NCBI GenBank assembly: GCA_044350895.1 | Contig: JBILGT010000003.1 | Location: 10,671 to 74,670 of the forward strand | From: Limisphaerales bacterium | Lineage (GTDB): Bacteria; Patescibacteriota; Microgenomatia; UBA1400; PJMF01 | Length of the DNA: 64,000 bases | Reading direction: 5' to 3' | Part shown: positions 10,201 through 17,439 of the stretch, in pieces | How positions within the stretch are numbered: position 1 is the first letter of the stretch | Layout of the letters: each line of letters starts with the position of its first letter | Made by a program: the position numbers and the translations under genes | The notes under the pieces: model-generated | Database searches by the model: none | What the model was told of the DNA's origin: nothing | The model's input: the letters and a program-made list of their open reading frames with translations, nothing else

Positions 10201-11413
10201 TACAGGTGGCACTATCACAATCTGCAAAGTACAAGTCGTCTGTACTGCCGTCCACATAGTAGGCTATTTTGCAGTCGTTGACTCCAGTAGAACAATCAAG
10301 GGCCACATAGCCACCAGCGTCGGCAGTAGTAACACAGCCAGTCAGTGTACAGCCATCTTTGCCATCTAAGTAGACAAGCGTCCCTGTGCTGCATGTTGCA
10401 TTATCACAATCATAAAAGACCAGTGCTGATTCAGTAGTGTCGTAGTAGGCGATTTTACAGTCACTTGATCCACCAGTACAGTCAACATCAGTGTAATAAC
10501 CCACAACACTTTTAAGTGCGCCATCGCCATCAATAGTTTGTTGCGTTCCACTATTGCAGGTGGCACTATCGCAGTCTGCAAAGGTTAAGTCTGCAAGATC
10601 ATCATTTTGATAAACAAATTTACAATCGGTAGCAGACAGACACTTCATCTCAGCATAGTGTCCAGTTGAAGCAGTTGTAGAACAGCCAGTCAAGCCACAG
10701 CCGGTATTACCGTCAACTAAGGTGATAGAACCACTGCTACAGGTGGCATTGCTGCAGTCTGCAAAACGCAGGTCATCGGTGGTGGTGCGGAAGAAGCCAA
10801 TTTTGCAGTCGGTACTGCCACCAATACAATCCACAATGATATATCCACCACTGCTGCCAGAAGTGATGCAACCAGTTAAGGCACAACCTGCGTTACCCTC
10901 TATGAGTGTGGTGGTCCCAGAGCTACAGGTGGCGGTATCACAATCAGCAAAGTATAGGTCGCTGTCTGTTGAGTTATAGTACCCAATTTTACAGTCATCA
11001 CTAGCAGTACAGTACAAGCTGGCATTTGCCCCTACCACATCAGTGGTACTGCAGCCGGTAAGCGGACAGCTGGCCGCTCCGTCTACGGTTGTTACACTTC
11101 CGCTAGTACAGGCAGCATTATTGCAGTCAGCAAAAATCAAGTCATCGGCAGTGTCGTTGAAGTACGCAAGTTTGCAGTCGGTGGCTGTGACACAAAAAAG
11201 ACTAGTATAGGAAGCAGTGCTAATCCCAGTATTACAGCCAGTCAGGACACAGCCAGAACCACCATCCAGTTGTGTCAATGTTCCAGAACTACAAGTGGCA
11301 GTATCACAGTCTACAAAAAATACATCTGGCGTTGATGCGATTGGTCGTAATCCACTCGCTAGTAAAGCAATTATTTTTAGCATCATGATGAATACAGTAC
11401 TCAGTATTGGCAT
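4250..11413 (-). CDS. Giant secreted/surface protein: signal peptide, ~11 tandem 6-Cys ~61-aa repeats, Ser/Thr-rich linker, 6 LamG (concanavalin A-like lectin, Laminin_G_3-type) domains
   Basis: 2387 aa. The N-terminus MMLKIIALLASGLRPIAS is signal-peptide like, so the true start is probably the ATG pair near 11386/11383. Aa ~33-712 hold repeats of the form FADCxxATCSSGTxTxxDGxxGCxLTGCxT...DCxxGxxDCKIAYYxxTxDDLxFADC. Six motifs of the IDEVRIYNYAL(T/S)xxQ(I/V)xxLYN type are typical of LamG / Laminin_G_3 domains. Confidence 0.85.
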   Translation of the reverse strand: MPILSTVFIMMLKIIALLASGLRPIASTPDVFFVDCDTATCSSGTLTQLDGGSGCVLTGCNTGISTASYTSLFCVTATDCKLAYFNDTADDLIFADCNNAACTSGSVTTVDGAASCPLTGCSTTDVVGANASLYCTASDDCKIGYYNSTDSDLYFADCDTATCSSGTTTLIEGNAGCALTGCITSGSSGGYIIVDCIGGSTDCKIGFFRTTTDDLRFADCSNATCSSGSITLVDGNTGCGLTGCSTTASTGHYAEMKCLSATDCKFVYQNDDLADLTFADCDSATCNSGTQQTIDGDGALKSVVGYYTDVDCTGGSSDCKIAYYDTTESALVFYDCDNATCSTGTLVYLDGKDGCTLTGCVTTADAGGYVALDCSTGVNDCKIAYYVDGSTDDLYFADCDSATCNVGTTRMIDGGASCPLTGCTTSATVGTHPNIDCSAGTADCKIAYKNETTDDLLFADCDTATCSSGTRTVVDGTTGCALTGCSTTNDVGINAALSCPTATDCKIAYYDNTRTSLRFADCDNAACTSGTASILEGDTGCLLTGCSTSTSSGTGTTIDCSPGASDCKIAYYNSTGGDLNFVDCNNATCTSGTISQLEGSAGCALTNCSTSVFADSPTIACGGDGSNCKVAYYRSYDFSFADCDNAACTSGTTTVLDGTNGCALTGCSTTNTFEIVFSLDCKAGLNDCKVAYHETDNGDIYFADCNNGTCASGTTNLADDGADRVWAQLVSSSGAAVPDGIITTRSSSYSRLRTPAISPTTATAYGIRLASTDSLNITADVRAARMIVSQSGALSATQTQVEVGNYETSTATSYTQLTNKKIYRYDANKFTPTPTTYFEATISNSTAGQTTSVALYSDGASCTTVVSGSEVTVTGTTWTRVRSSAVTLNDDTDYMVCIKTTANTAQIANARAVLDQSGTIYGTELVYNLVNTAQTDVDTAYTSQNGLNYFDPALFSGSTNYYFESDIKTSAGTGYAQLYNSSDVTAVSSSEVSTTGASYSRQRSNALTMPVAAKNIDAQIKNSSTNTTTVSSADLIVQAGSPPTSTPTRRTSESCYSNNCLEFNGSDNSVSITNTTALDLDQGLAAGVSFAGWVKVSSDGETNVGQIVSKGDSTYLRTTNEGSDRLVDLEASLDLASSDATVTITNGLPLNEWHHVALAYTDDSDDEISVYIDGKLRGTSSNGSGAPASDGNDWLLGGSSSANFHGFIDEVRLYNYERTAQQITLDYTAKGTSEGASAQLGDGTLEKLNQGLVAYYPMDEAAANTCSNGTNDTCDKSGNGNDGAWNGDATTGSGKFGNGVSLDGTGDYVVDSNGLGTFSDKITIAAWIKPSALGTTRKAFIANESIFKLDIDTDSKIRFLTGENWGGSLLKNNTALTTQNWYLVTAVYDGSTKKIYLNGQLDSTIGSTSGSIGTSSSFYLGDYGANLNPYAGSLDEVRIYNRALSPDEVQDLYNYAPGPVAHWKLDENTGTSAADASSNSNTGTLTNGPTWAPGKFGSGVKFDGSDDYINGGSQTNIDNLSTKTVSLWVNPTSYSHQFVNYMISKYTGTVGWAFGVNGTYTDAEVCGSGSTGKVYVYNGTSSICSNQTISTGQWTHVAFTYTGSTVTIFINGLQVGSGSLTLGNESSANISLGARSDNNWYLNGAIDDVRIYNYALSQKQIVNVMNGREGYEPAVGGSVGNPVLHLGFDDGYGTTAQDSSPQNNDGTLTNMAAPATSTSGWSSAGKFGKALAFDGTNDYVSVGNNSSIIPASSISISTWAKFSSFPSDNTNTARILVRNDSGYFLYVYGDVNDRSQLAFMLPDAMTAWSNVPIYNIDNLTTDTWYHIVGTWDGSTARLYINNKLVSSTLVSGSIASTDITRIGTTTVGTEYYMHGLIDEVKIYNYALTEDDIRLEYNRGAAVQLGATSTASNGTTPDNSSSREYCVPGDTATCNPPVAEWKFDENTGTTANDTSGNNNTGTLTNGPTWTTGKTGSGVNLSPSNSYVSVADSSSLNITGDLTISTWVKPNAVDSTARLIMGKGNTSATTSRQYGMRLSAANQWQAFVYSGSTTYSVTDTTTTPSTSRWDQLTVVRDATANTLKFYTNGILRGTASSVTGSLNSTANILAIGREGSSASNYFGGMVDNMRIYNYARTPAQVAWEYNRGGPVAHYKLDECQGTTAYNSALNSNGEAAGNNGTITIGASGSNTTAGSCKGSTGEAWKDGASGKFNSSLEFDDTDDYLNLGTFLGKPSNYSLSFWIKPSNWGSSAIAESASNGGNISIWGMIFRDSGDAVEIWTSDGISGQQAVVASDWNSTGFPSTNWTHITATVDGSSIKYYKDGRLINTVAQTVQNSGTASGFSIGRLGTSTSSTFYSSGQIDDVRIYNYALTPAQVKDLYNGGAVNFR
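9278..11317 (-). repeat. Coding tandem repeat array (~11-12 units of ~183 bp) encoding the 6-Cys repeat module of the giant protein
   Basis: The protein periodicity (FADC...DCKIAYY every ~61 aa) maps to these coordinates. Unit boundaries are approximate. Confidence 0.6.
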
Positions 11414-11473
11414 TGTGGGTATGGGCTTAGCAGCCGCCTACTTTATAAGTACTGTGTAACTTGAAAGGTACCT

Positions 11474-12025
11474 ATGGATACACACATTATTTTTTTGGTC
11501 ATGCTTGAAGCGATTGGATTAGTACTCGCGCTTATTGCGGTCTGGTCATATGTTTGGAGTAAAAAAAATGCTCCCAGTAAAAAAATTGAAGCAGCTCTTG
11601 AAAGTCATCTGCATGGAATGCTCACCGCCGAACTTGAAGTTGTCGAAAAAGAATTAAAGAAAGCTGTTCACGCTGCACACAAAGATGCGGCAGCAATTTT
11701 GGAAACAAACCATGAAGAACTCAGAGAAGAATCAAAAAAACTCCTGAATGACTTTGCCCAAAACTTCACTACGGAAATGACGACACTGCTCAAAGAAGAA
11801 CACACACAAATTTCTAGTATGTTTGCACAAAAAAGTACTGAGATTGTCCAAGAGCTCGCAGAATATCGTGCCCAAAAAATTGCTGAGCTTGATGCAAAAT
11901 CAGATGAACTCGTGGCAAAGTTAGTGCAACAAAAAGTCTGGCGTTCTGTCAAAGCTGCCGATTCTCATGAGATCGCAAAACAAGCTATTCAAACAATTAT
12001 TGCCAGTGGAGAACTTTCAGGATGA
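11474..12025 (+). CDS. atpF: F-type ATP synthase subunit b
   Basis: 183 aa with a single N-terminal TM helix followed by a long charged coiled-coil. It is first in the atpF-H-A-G-D order. Confidence 0.75.
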   Translation: MDTHIIFLVMLEAIGLVLALIAVWSYVWSKKNAPSKKIEAALESHLHGMLTAELEVVEKELKKAVHAAHKDAAAILETNHEELREESKKLLNDFAQNFTTEMTTLLKEEHTQISSMFAQKSTEIVQELAEYRAQKIAELDAKSDELVAKLVQQKVWRSVKAADSHEIAKQAIQTIIASGELSG

Positions 12026-12495
12026 CCACAGTAGTAACTGAAAAAACACTAGCTCAGATTACTCATGCTCTGCACACGCAAGAGCAGCTTACTGAAGTTA
12101 TAGCGCAGATTGAGACCTGTCAGAGCATGCTTTTTTCTACAAAGAAAGCTGCCCAAAAAACTCTAGAAAGTTTACCAAACCTTATTCACTCACTCGTTCC
12201 AGATGCAATTCAAGCCGATGAAAAAAGTTTGGATGGATGGTTGTCAGAACTCAGTGATCAGCTTCGAAAAATTCCGGTTGCTACAGTGACTGTTGCGTAT
12301 CTTCCTACTGCAGCACAAGCTGAAGAGTTGCGTTCACTCGTTGAAACTGGTTTTGGAAGACACGTCATTATTGCGCTGCAAACAGATCCAAAGTTACTAG
12401 CTGGAGTGCGGATTGAATTTGCCAACACCCGGACACAATATTCGCTGAGCCAAGATATGGAAGAGATACTTAAGGAAGCACATGTCCAATCATAG
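12022..12495 (+). CDS. atpH: F-type ATP synthase subunit delta (OSCP)
   Basis: 157 aa. The C-terminal LLAGVRIEFANTRTQYSLS is delta-like. It sits between atpF and atpA, with a 4-nt overlap onto atpF. Confidence 0.75.
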   Translation: MTTVVTEKTLAQITHALHTQEQLTEVIAQIETCQSMLFSTKKAAQKTLESLPNLIHSLVPDAIQADEKSLDGWLSELSDQLRKIPVATVTVAYLPTAAQAEELRSLVETGFGRHVIIALQTDPKLLAGVRIEFANTRTQYSLSQDMEEILKEAHVQS

Positions 12496-13936
12496 TGAAG
12501 AGTACGGCATCGTTGAGCTTGTGCGTCACCCGCTCGTGGCAGTGCGTGGTTTGCCTGGCGCTCAGGTGGGTGAGCTTGTTGAGTTTTCAAATGGTGTGTA
12601 CGGTCAGGTCTTCTCGCTCGGGGTCGAAACACTTGATGTTTTGGTTTTCTCACCCAAAGCACGAACTGTTGGTGAGTCAGTGACACGAACTGGACAACCA
12701 TTTTTGATTTCAGTTTCTGAAAAAATTAAAGGCGCAACTGTTTCACCACTCAGTAATCTGACAGCACAGCAGCAAGCATCCACAGCAATTGATGTTGCTC
12801 CTCAGCTACTTATCAAACGAAGAAGAATCACTCAGCCACTCAATACTGGTGTCTCAATTGTCGACTTGGTGTTACCACTGGGTAAAGGACAGCGGCAGTT
12901 GATTGTCGGTGATCGTAAAACTGGTAAGACATCATTTGCAATTCAGCTCTCAGAACTACAAGTACAAATGGGGTCGCTCGTTGTCTATGCGGTGATTGGA
13001 AAACTCCAAAGTGAGATTAAACGCATTCAAGAAACGTTTGCCCAAAAAGGCATTGCATCTGAAGTGACACTCGTTGCGGCAGCGGCTGACGATCCACCAT
13101 CTGTAATTTATCAAACACCATTTGTAGCAATGGCAATTGCAGAATATCTCAATAGTCTGGGCCGTGACGTTGTAGTGATTTTTGATGACCTCACAACGCA
13201 TGCCAAGTATTACCGAGAAGTTGCGCTCATTGCCAAACGATTCCCCGGTAGAGATTCATATCCTGGAGACATTTACTTTACTTATGCGCGTCTTTTGGAG
13301 CGTGGCGGTTGTTTTACCCACCCCACCAAACCAGACGTTGGGGTAGCAATTACGTGTCTCCCAATTGCAGAAACATCTGATGCGGATTTAACAGATTTTA
13401 TTGTTTCGAACCTGATCAGTATGACCGATGGACATCTCTTGTTTGACAATACAGTCTATGCACAAGGACATCGTCCTGCCATACATCCGGGCTTGTCGGT
13501 GACACGTGTGGGTAAGCAAACGCAGTTGCCAGTGCAGCGTGATCTCACACATTATTTAACTTCGTTTATCAACCAATACCAAAAGACCGTTGGACTCACA
13601 CATTTTGGTGCGGAACTGACTGGTGCAACCAAGTCCATCATCGCTCGTGGTGAGTCGCTTTTCTCTTTTCTTGATCAATCTAAAGAAAAAATATTTTCAC
13701 CAAATGTCATGCTCATTTTGTGTGGCGCTGTACTGCAAGACTGGTTTATTCAAACCACTCCGCAAGCAGTTCGCGATGCTCGGGATGCTTTGCAATCACA
13801 CTATATTTCAGATGAAAAAACTCGAAAAATACTTGATGAACTTGTGGCACAAACGAAAAATCTTTCTGAACTACAATCACAACTTGCAGCGCAACGTGCA
13901 GCGATTGAACCACTATGGGCAGCCTTAAAACAATAA
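12482..13936 (+). CDS. atpA: F-type ATP synthase subunit alpha
   Basis: 484 aa with the P-loop GDRKTGKTSFAIQ and overall alpha-subunit similarity. Confidence 0.95.
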   Translation: MSNHSEEYGIVELVRHPLVAVRGLPGAQVGELVEFSNGVYGQVFSLGVETLDVLVFSPKARTVGESVTRTGQPFLISVSEKIKGATVSPLSNLTAQQQASTAIDVAPQLLIKRRRITQPLNTGVSIVDLVLPLGKGQRQLIVGDRKTGKTSFAIQLSELQVQMGSLVVYAVIGKLQSEIKRIQETFAQKGIASEVTLVAAAADDPPSVIYQTPFVAMAIAEYLNSLGRDVVVIFDDLTTHAKYYREVALIAKRFPGRDSYPGDIYFTYARLLERGGCFTHPTKPDVGVAITCLPIAETSDADLTDFIVSNLISMTDGHLLFDNTVYAQGHRPAIHPGLSVTRVGKQTQLPVQRDLTHYLTSFINQYQKTVGLTHFGAELTGATKSIIARGESLFSFLDQSKEKIFSPNVMLILCGAVLQDWFIQTTPQAVRDARDALQSHYISDEKTRKILDELVAQTKNLSELQSQLAAQRAAIEPLWAALKQ

Positions 13937-14790
13937 AACACCAGCAACAATTTGCCGACCAGCTTTATGGTTTGGTAGATATTACCCAGAGCATTGCTGT
14001 GATGCGTATGCAGCAAGTCCGGCAATCAGTGCTCGTGACACGGACGTACATGGAAGGAATCATCGATATTTTCAAAGAGATTCGCCGCTCTCACAAAAAA
14101 GAAGTAGAAAAGATAATTGCAGCTCGTGGCAAAGTATCCCAAGTGGGTGTTACCAAAAAAAGAAGAGACTCAATCTGCATTTTACTGTCGCCATCGGGAA
14201 AATTTTCAGGTCAACTGATCCGAAAAGTCTTTAGTGACTTTGCAGCATATGTCAAAGAAACCAAATGCGACGTAGCAGTTGTGGGAAATACTGGCAAAGA
14301 ACTACTTGCTCAGAGTCTTGAACTTGATGTACAGCCACAGTATTACGCACTTGATTTGGAACACCCCACGCGTGAAGAAATTGCAGTGCTGCTATTTCAC
14401 GTCTTAGAGTATGAAAACATTACTGTTTTTACTGGAAAATTTCAAAGCTTAGTCACGCAAGTACCAACAGCATATAACGTCACTGGGTATGAAACGTTAT
14501 TTCAACAAGAAGCCAGCACAACACCTGAAGCACATGAATTTTTGTTTGAGCCAAAACTCACCGAAATCATTTCTTTTTTTGTGGCTCAGGTTACTGCAAC
14601 ACTCTTACGCGAAACTTTAGAAGAGTCAAAGCTTGCCAACTTAGGTTCTCGCATTATTACACTTGAATCCTCGCGAGGTGGAATTGGTCAGGAAATTAGC
14701 AAATTACAACGAGTTTCTCGCAGACTTAAACGTCGAGTAGATGGACGCAAACAGTCCAATCGATTGAGTAGTATGCGGTTTTGGAAGTAA
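13915..14790 (+). CDS. atpG: F-type ATP synthase subunit gamma
   Basis: 291 aa. The N-terminus LKTIKHQQQFADQ...SIAVMRMQQVRQSV is gamma-like. It lies between atpA and atpD. Confidence 0.75.
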   Translation: MGSLKTIKHQQQFADQLYGLVDITQSIAVMRMQQVRQSVLVTRTYMEGIIDIFKEIRRSHKKEVEKIIAARGKVSQVGVTKKRRDSICILLSPSGKFSGQLIRKVFSDFAAYVKETKCDVAVVGNTGKELLAQSLELDVQPQYYALDLEHPTREEIAVLLFHVLEYENITVFTGKFQSLVTQVPTAYNVTGYETLFQQEASTTPEAHEFLFEPKLTEIISFFVAQVTATLLRETLEESKLANLGSRIITLESSRGGIGQEISKLQRVSRRLKRRVDGRKQSNRLSSMRFWK

Positions 14791-14808
14791 CGAAGCAGTA
14801 AGGATAAT

Positions 14809-16224
14809 ATGGCAACAACAAACGGACGAATTATCAGTGTGACACAGCATGTTGCTGAAGTTGAATTTCTTGATGAACAACCACAGATTCATGAAAAACT
14901 TACTTTGGCAGAGGATGAGTGTGCAGTTTTGGAAGTCTATTCCAGTTCAAGAACTGGTAGCTTTTACTGTTTGGTTCTTCGCTCAAGTCAACACTTGATC
15001 CGTGGGGCGGTTGTCGTCACAACTGGCCAGATGCTACGAATTCCGGTGGGTGAGTCAGTTCTGGGAAGAGTATTCAATGTATTTGGTGAACCGTTGGATG
15101 AAAAGGGAAGCCTAGGTAAGAAAACGGTTCCTATTTTTGAATACACACCAGCCACCTTGGATGATGTGGCGATCCCCAAACAAATTCTCGAAACAGGCAT
15201 CAAAGCAGTCGATTTTTTTGCTCCGATTTTTCATGGCGGCAAGATGGGATTATTTGGAGGTGCGGGCTTGGGAAAAACAGTTATTTTGACTGAATTAATT
15301 AATAATATTGTTATCCGGCAGGGAAGTGAAAAAAATGATAAAAAATCTAAAACAGGGAAATCTGCAGAGCGCTACTCTGTTTTTGCTGCTGTTGGTGAGC
15401 GCTCTCGTGAAGTTCAAGAATTGATTGAAAATCTTGATCAAGCCAAAGCACTTGAAAAAACCAGTGTGATTGTAGGACAGATGGGTGAAAATCCAGCAGT
15501 ACGTTTTCAAACTGCTTTTGCAGCGGTGCGCGTTGCCGAATACTTACGCGATAGCATGAACTCTGACGTTCTCTTTTTTATGGATAATGTCTATCGTTTC
15601 AGTCAGGCTGGGTATGAACTTTCCACGCTGATGAATAATATTCCATCAGAAGACGGGTATCAGCCGAGTCTGCCTTCAGAAATTTCTCAGCTCCAATCAC
15701 GTCTGTATTCAAATACTCAAAACTCTATTACCAGTATTGAAACTGTGTATCTGCCATCAGATGACCTCACTGATTTGGCAGTACGGTCGCAGTTCCCATA
15801 TCTTGATGCAATGGTTGTGTTTTCTCGCGATATTTACCAGCAGGGTCGGTTGCCTGCTATTGATTTACTTGCATCAACATCAAATGCTCTGTCACCTGAT
15901 TTCGTCGGTGAAGAGCACTACACAGTGTACTTGGAAGCCAAAAAACTACTTGAACGTGCCATCAGTATTGAACGACTGGTGAGTATGGTGGGTCTTTCAG
16001 ATTTATCAGCAGCAGATCAAAAAATTTACAAGCGTTCACAGCTACTTAAAAATTATATGAGTCAAAGTTTCTTTGTGATTTCAGTTCAAACTGGTCGACC
16101 AGGGACATTTGTACCAAGAGCGACGTGTGTGCAAGATGTTGCGAAAATTCTCAGTGGTGCGTTTGACACGCTTAATGAAGAAAAGCTGCTTCATGGTGGA
16201 AGTCTGCAAGAGATGAACCTATGA
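14809..16224 (+). CDS. atpD: F-type ATP synthase subunit beta (with a ~15-aa insertion after the P-loop region)
   Basis: 471 aa with GGAGLGKTVILTELINNI. The canonical beta sequence continues directly to SVF(A/G)GVGER, but here VIRQGSEKNDKKSKTGKSAERY is inserted first. Confidence 0.95.
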   Translation: MATTNGRIISVTQHVAEVEFLDEQPQIHEKLTLAEDECAVLEVYSSSRTGSFYCLVLRSSQHLIRGAVVVTTGQMLRIPVGESVLGRVFNVFGEPLDEKGSLGKKTVPIFEYTPATLDDVAIPKQILETGIKAVDFFAPIFHGGKMGLFGGAGLGKTVILTELINNIVIRQGSEKNDKKSKTGKSAERYSVFAAVGERSREVQELIENLDQAKALEKTSVIVGQMGENPAVRFQTAFAAVRVAEYLRDSMNSDVLFFMDNVYRFSQAGYELSTLMNNIPSEDGYQPSLPSEISQLQSRLYSNTQNSITSIETVYLPSDDLTDLAVRSQFPYLDAMVVFSRDIYQQGRLPAIDLLASTSNALSPDFVGEEHYTVYLEAKKLLERAISIERLVSMVGLSDLSAADQKIYKRSQLLKNYMSQSFFVISVQTGRPGTFVPRATCVQDVAKILSGAFDTLNEEKLLHGGSLQEMNL

Positions 16225-16530
16225 GGGCTTGGTGGTTTTTACACCAAGATACACTTCAACTCGATATTGAAAACAGTGCAGTACACCACCATCAACCGCA
16301 AACTCTTTTTTTTCGCCACTTGCTAGATGTAGTATGATTTTTTCCTTGATAAGTGTTATGAAGTTGGTGTGTTCTGCCAAAATATCAAAAGGACCCTGAT
16401 CATTTACTGAGGAAAGTGATGCTGCAACATCATTAAAAATGATACCTTTTTCATCATGTATTAAAACATCAAATGAGGTTTGATCGGGTGTTATGTTTTT
16501 TATTGGCACGATGAAATTTGTATTTGGCAA
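16219..16530 (-). CDS. atpC: F-type ATP synthase subunit epsilon (N-terminal beta-sandwich domain only), encoded inverted relative to atpD
   Basis: 103 aa. It matches the epsilon pattern ..IVPIKNITPD..F..GPFDILAEHTNFITLIKEKIILHL..KEFAVDGGVLHCF.., and the C-terminal helical hairpin is absent. The start codon is TTG at 16530 or GTG at 16509. Its TAG stop (top 16219-16221, read as CTA) is the last sense codon of atpD. Confidence 0.65.
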   Translation of the reverse strand: MPNTNFIVPIKNITPDQTSFDVLIHDEKGIIFNDVAASLSSVNDQGPFDILAEHTNFITLIKEKIILHLASGEKKEFAVDGGVLHCFQYRVEVYLGVKTTKPS

Positions 16531-16628
16531 GTATCCCTTGGTGACATGTAGTTGATGCTTACTTACATAAGTATTACAGCTTGTTAGTCACAATTTGACA
16601 AGATAGTATAGAATATAGATATAGTATT

Positions 16629-16907
16629 ATGGCAAAAAAACAACCAGAAGAAGCAGAAATAAAAATAGTGCCTTTTAGACAAAATGGTTTAAATAGGGTC
16701 TATTCTAATCACGTAGAAATAAATGTCTCTGAGATAGATCTAAACATAAAGTTTTGTGATGTTAGACCGCCAGAGAATGCTGAAAATATGGAAATGACAA
16801 TATCAAAAGGAACATTTGGAGTTCCTATTGTTGCAGAAGTAGTAATTCCATTAGTAGTAGCAAAAGCACTTAAACGTATATTAAATGAAAGAATAAAGGA
16901 GGATTAA
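16629..16907 (+). CDS. DUF3467-like small protein
   Basis: 92 aa with VYSNHVEINVSEIDLNIKFCDV...VAEVVIPLVVAKALKRILNERIKE, which resembles the DUF3467 pattern (YaN..v..s..ef.ldF ... a.vv.Rv.msp..AK.L...L). The region is AT-rich, and a TTGACA-17-GATATA promoter-like element lies at 16595-16623. Confidence 0.5.
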   Translation: MAKKQPEEAEIKIVPFRQNGLNRVYSNHVEINVSEIDLNIKFCDVRPPENAENMEMTISKGTFGVPIVAEVVIPLVVAKALKRILNERIKED

Positions 16908-17183
16908 ATGTCAACTCAATTTATGCCTCTAGATCAAATTTTAGACACTAATTCTGTATCAACTAATAATTTACCTATTGTTAAGAAATTTAGTGATTTT
17001 TTTACTACAGCTTTTCCTTTTTCAAGTTATATTGAGCCACAAGATGAAATAGCCAGTATCAAGAAGTTTGCATTTCCTCCTCTTGATGAACTGAGAGCTT
17101 CATTAGTTGAAGCTGGTTATTCCAAGGAAGAAATTGATGTCGAAATCAAAGCCTTCGCCAATATGCCAGAATATAGAGGTTGA
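16908..17183 (+). CDS. Hypothetical small protein; candidate antitoxin partner of the downstream RelE/ParE-like toxin
   Basis: 91 aa with an acidic C-terminus. It sits immediately upstream of the toxin-like ORF and overlaps it. No recognisable RHH/Phd/ParD motif. Confidence 0.35.
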   Translation: MSTQFMPLDQILDTNSVSTNNLPIVKKFSDFFTTAFPFSSYIEPQDEIASIKKFAFPPLDELRASLVEAGYSKEEIDVEIKAFANMPEYRG

Positions 17184-17439
17184 AGTAACTCAAGAAGCAG
17201 AAGAACAAGCTAAAAATCAAAACCTTACTAAAAAACTTGAAAAAGCTATCAGGTTATATAAGGCCAATCCGTGGCACCCATCTTTGCATAATGAATTATT
17301 GAAACCAGAAAGTATGGGTCGTCACTCCATAATGTTAAACGACCAATACCGTGCTAAATACATCAAAATTGACGCTAATAAGATTAGAATATACTATGTA
17401 GGTGACTACCATGGAAAAAAACACAAAAAATCCAAGTAA
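17137..17439 (+). CDS. RelE/ParE-superfamily (YoeB/Txe-like) type II toxin
   Basis: LTKKLEKAIRLYKANPWHPSLHNELLKPESMGRHSIMLNDQYRAKYIKIDANKIRIYYVGDYHG fits the ParE_toxin / RelE pattern (L.k.l.k.i..l..nP..p.L....Lkg.l.g.ys.ri...yRivY.id.....i.il.ighH). The ATG start is at 17137; an alternative TTG start is at 17107. Confidence 0.55.
   Translation: MSKSKPSPICQNIEVEVTQEAEEQAKNQNLTKKLEKAIRLYKANPWHPSLHNELLKPESMGRHSIMLNDQYRAKYIKIDANKIRIYYVGDYHGKKHKKSK

Noticed and set aside
4485-11000. Numerous 60-150-aa ORFs on both strands inside the giant gene
   Set aside because: They are artefacts of the long repeat-rich, low-stop coding region; none has independent support.
11217-11459. Hydrophobic 80-aa ORF that could be mistaken for an ATP synthase c subunit
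   Set aside because: It lies antisense to the signal-peptide region of the giant gene. Only ~24 residues are hydrophobic and there is no c-subunit hairpin.
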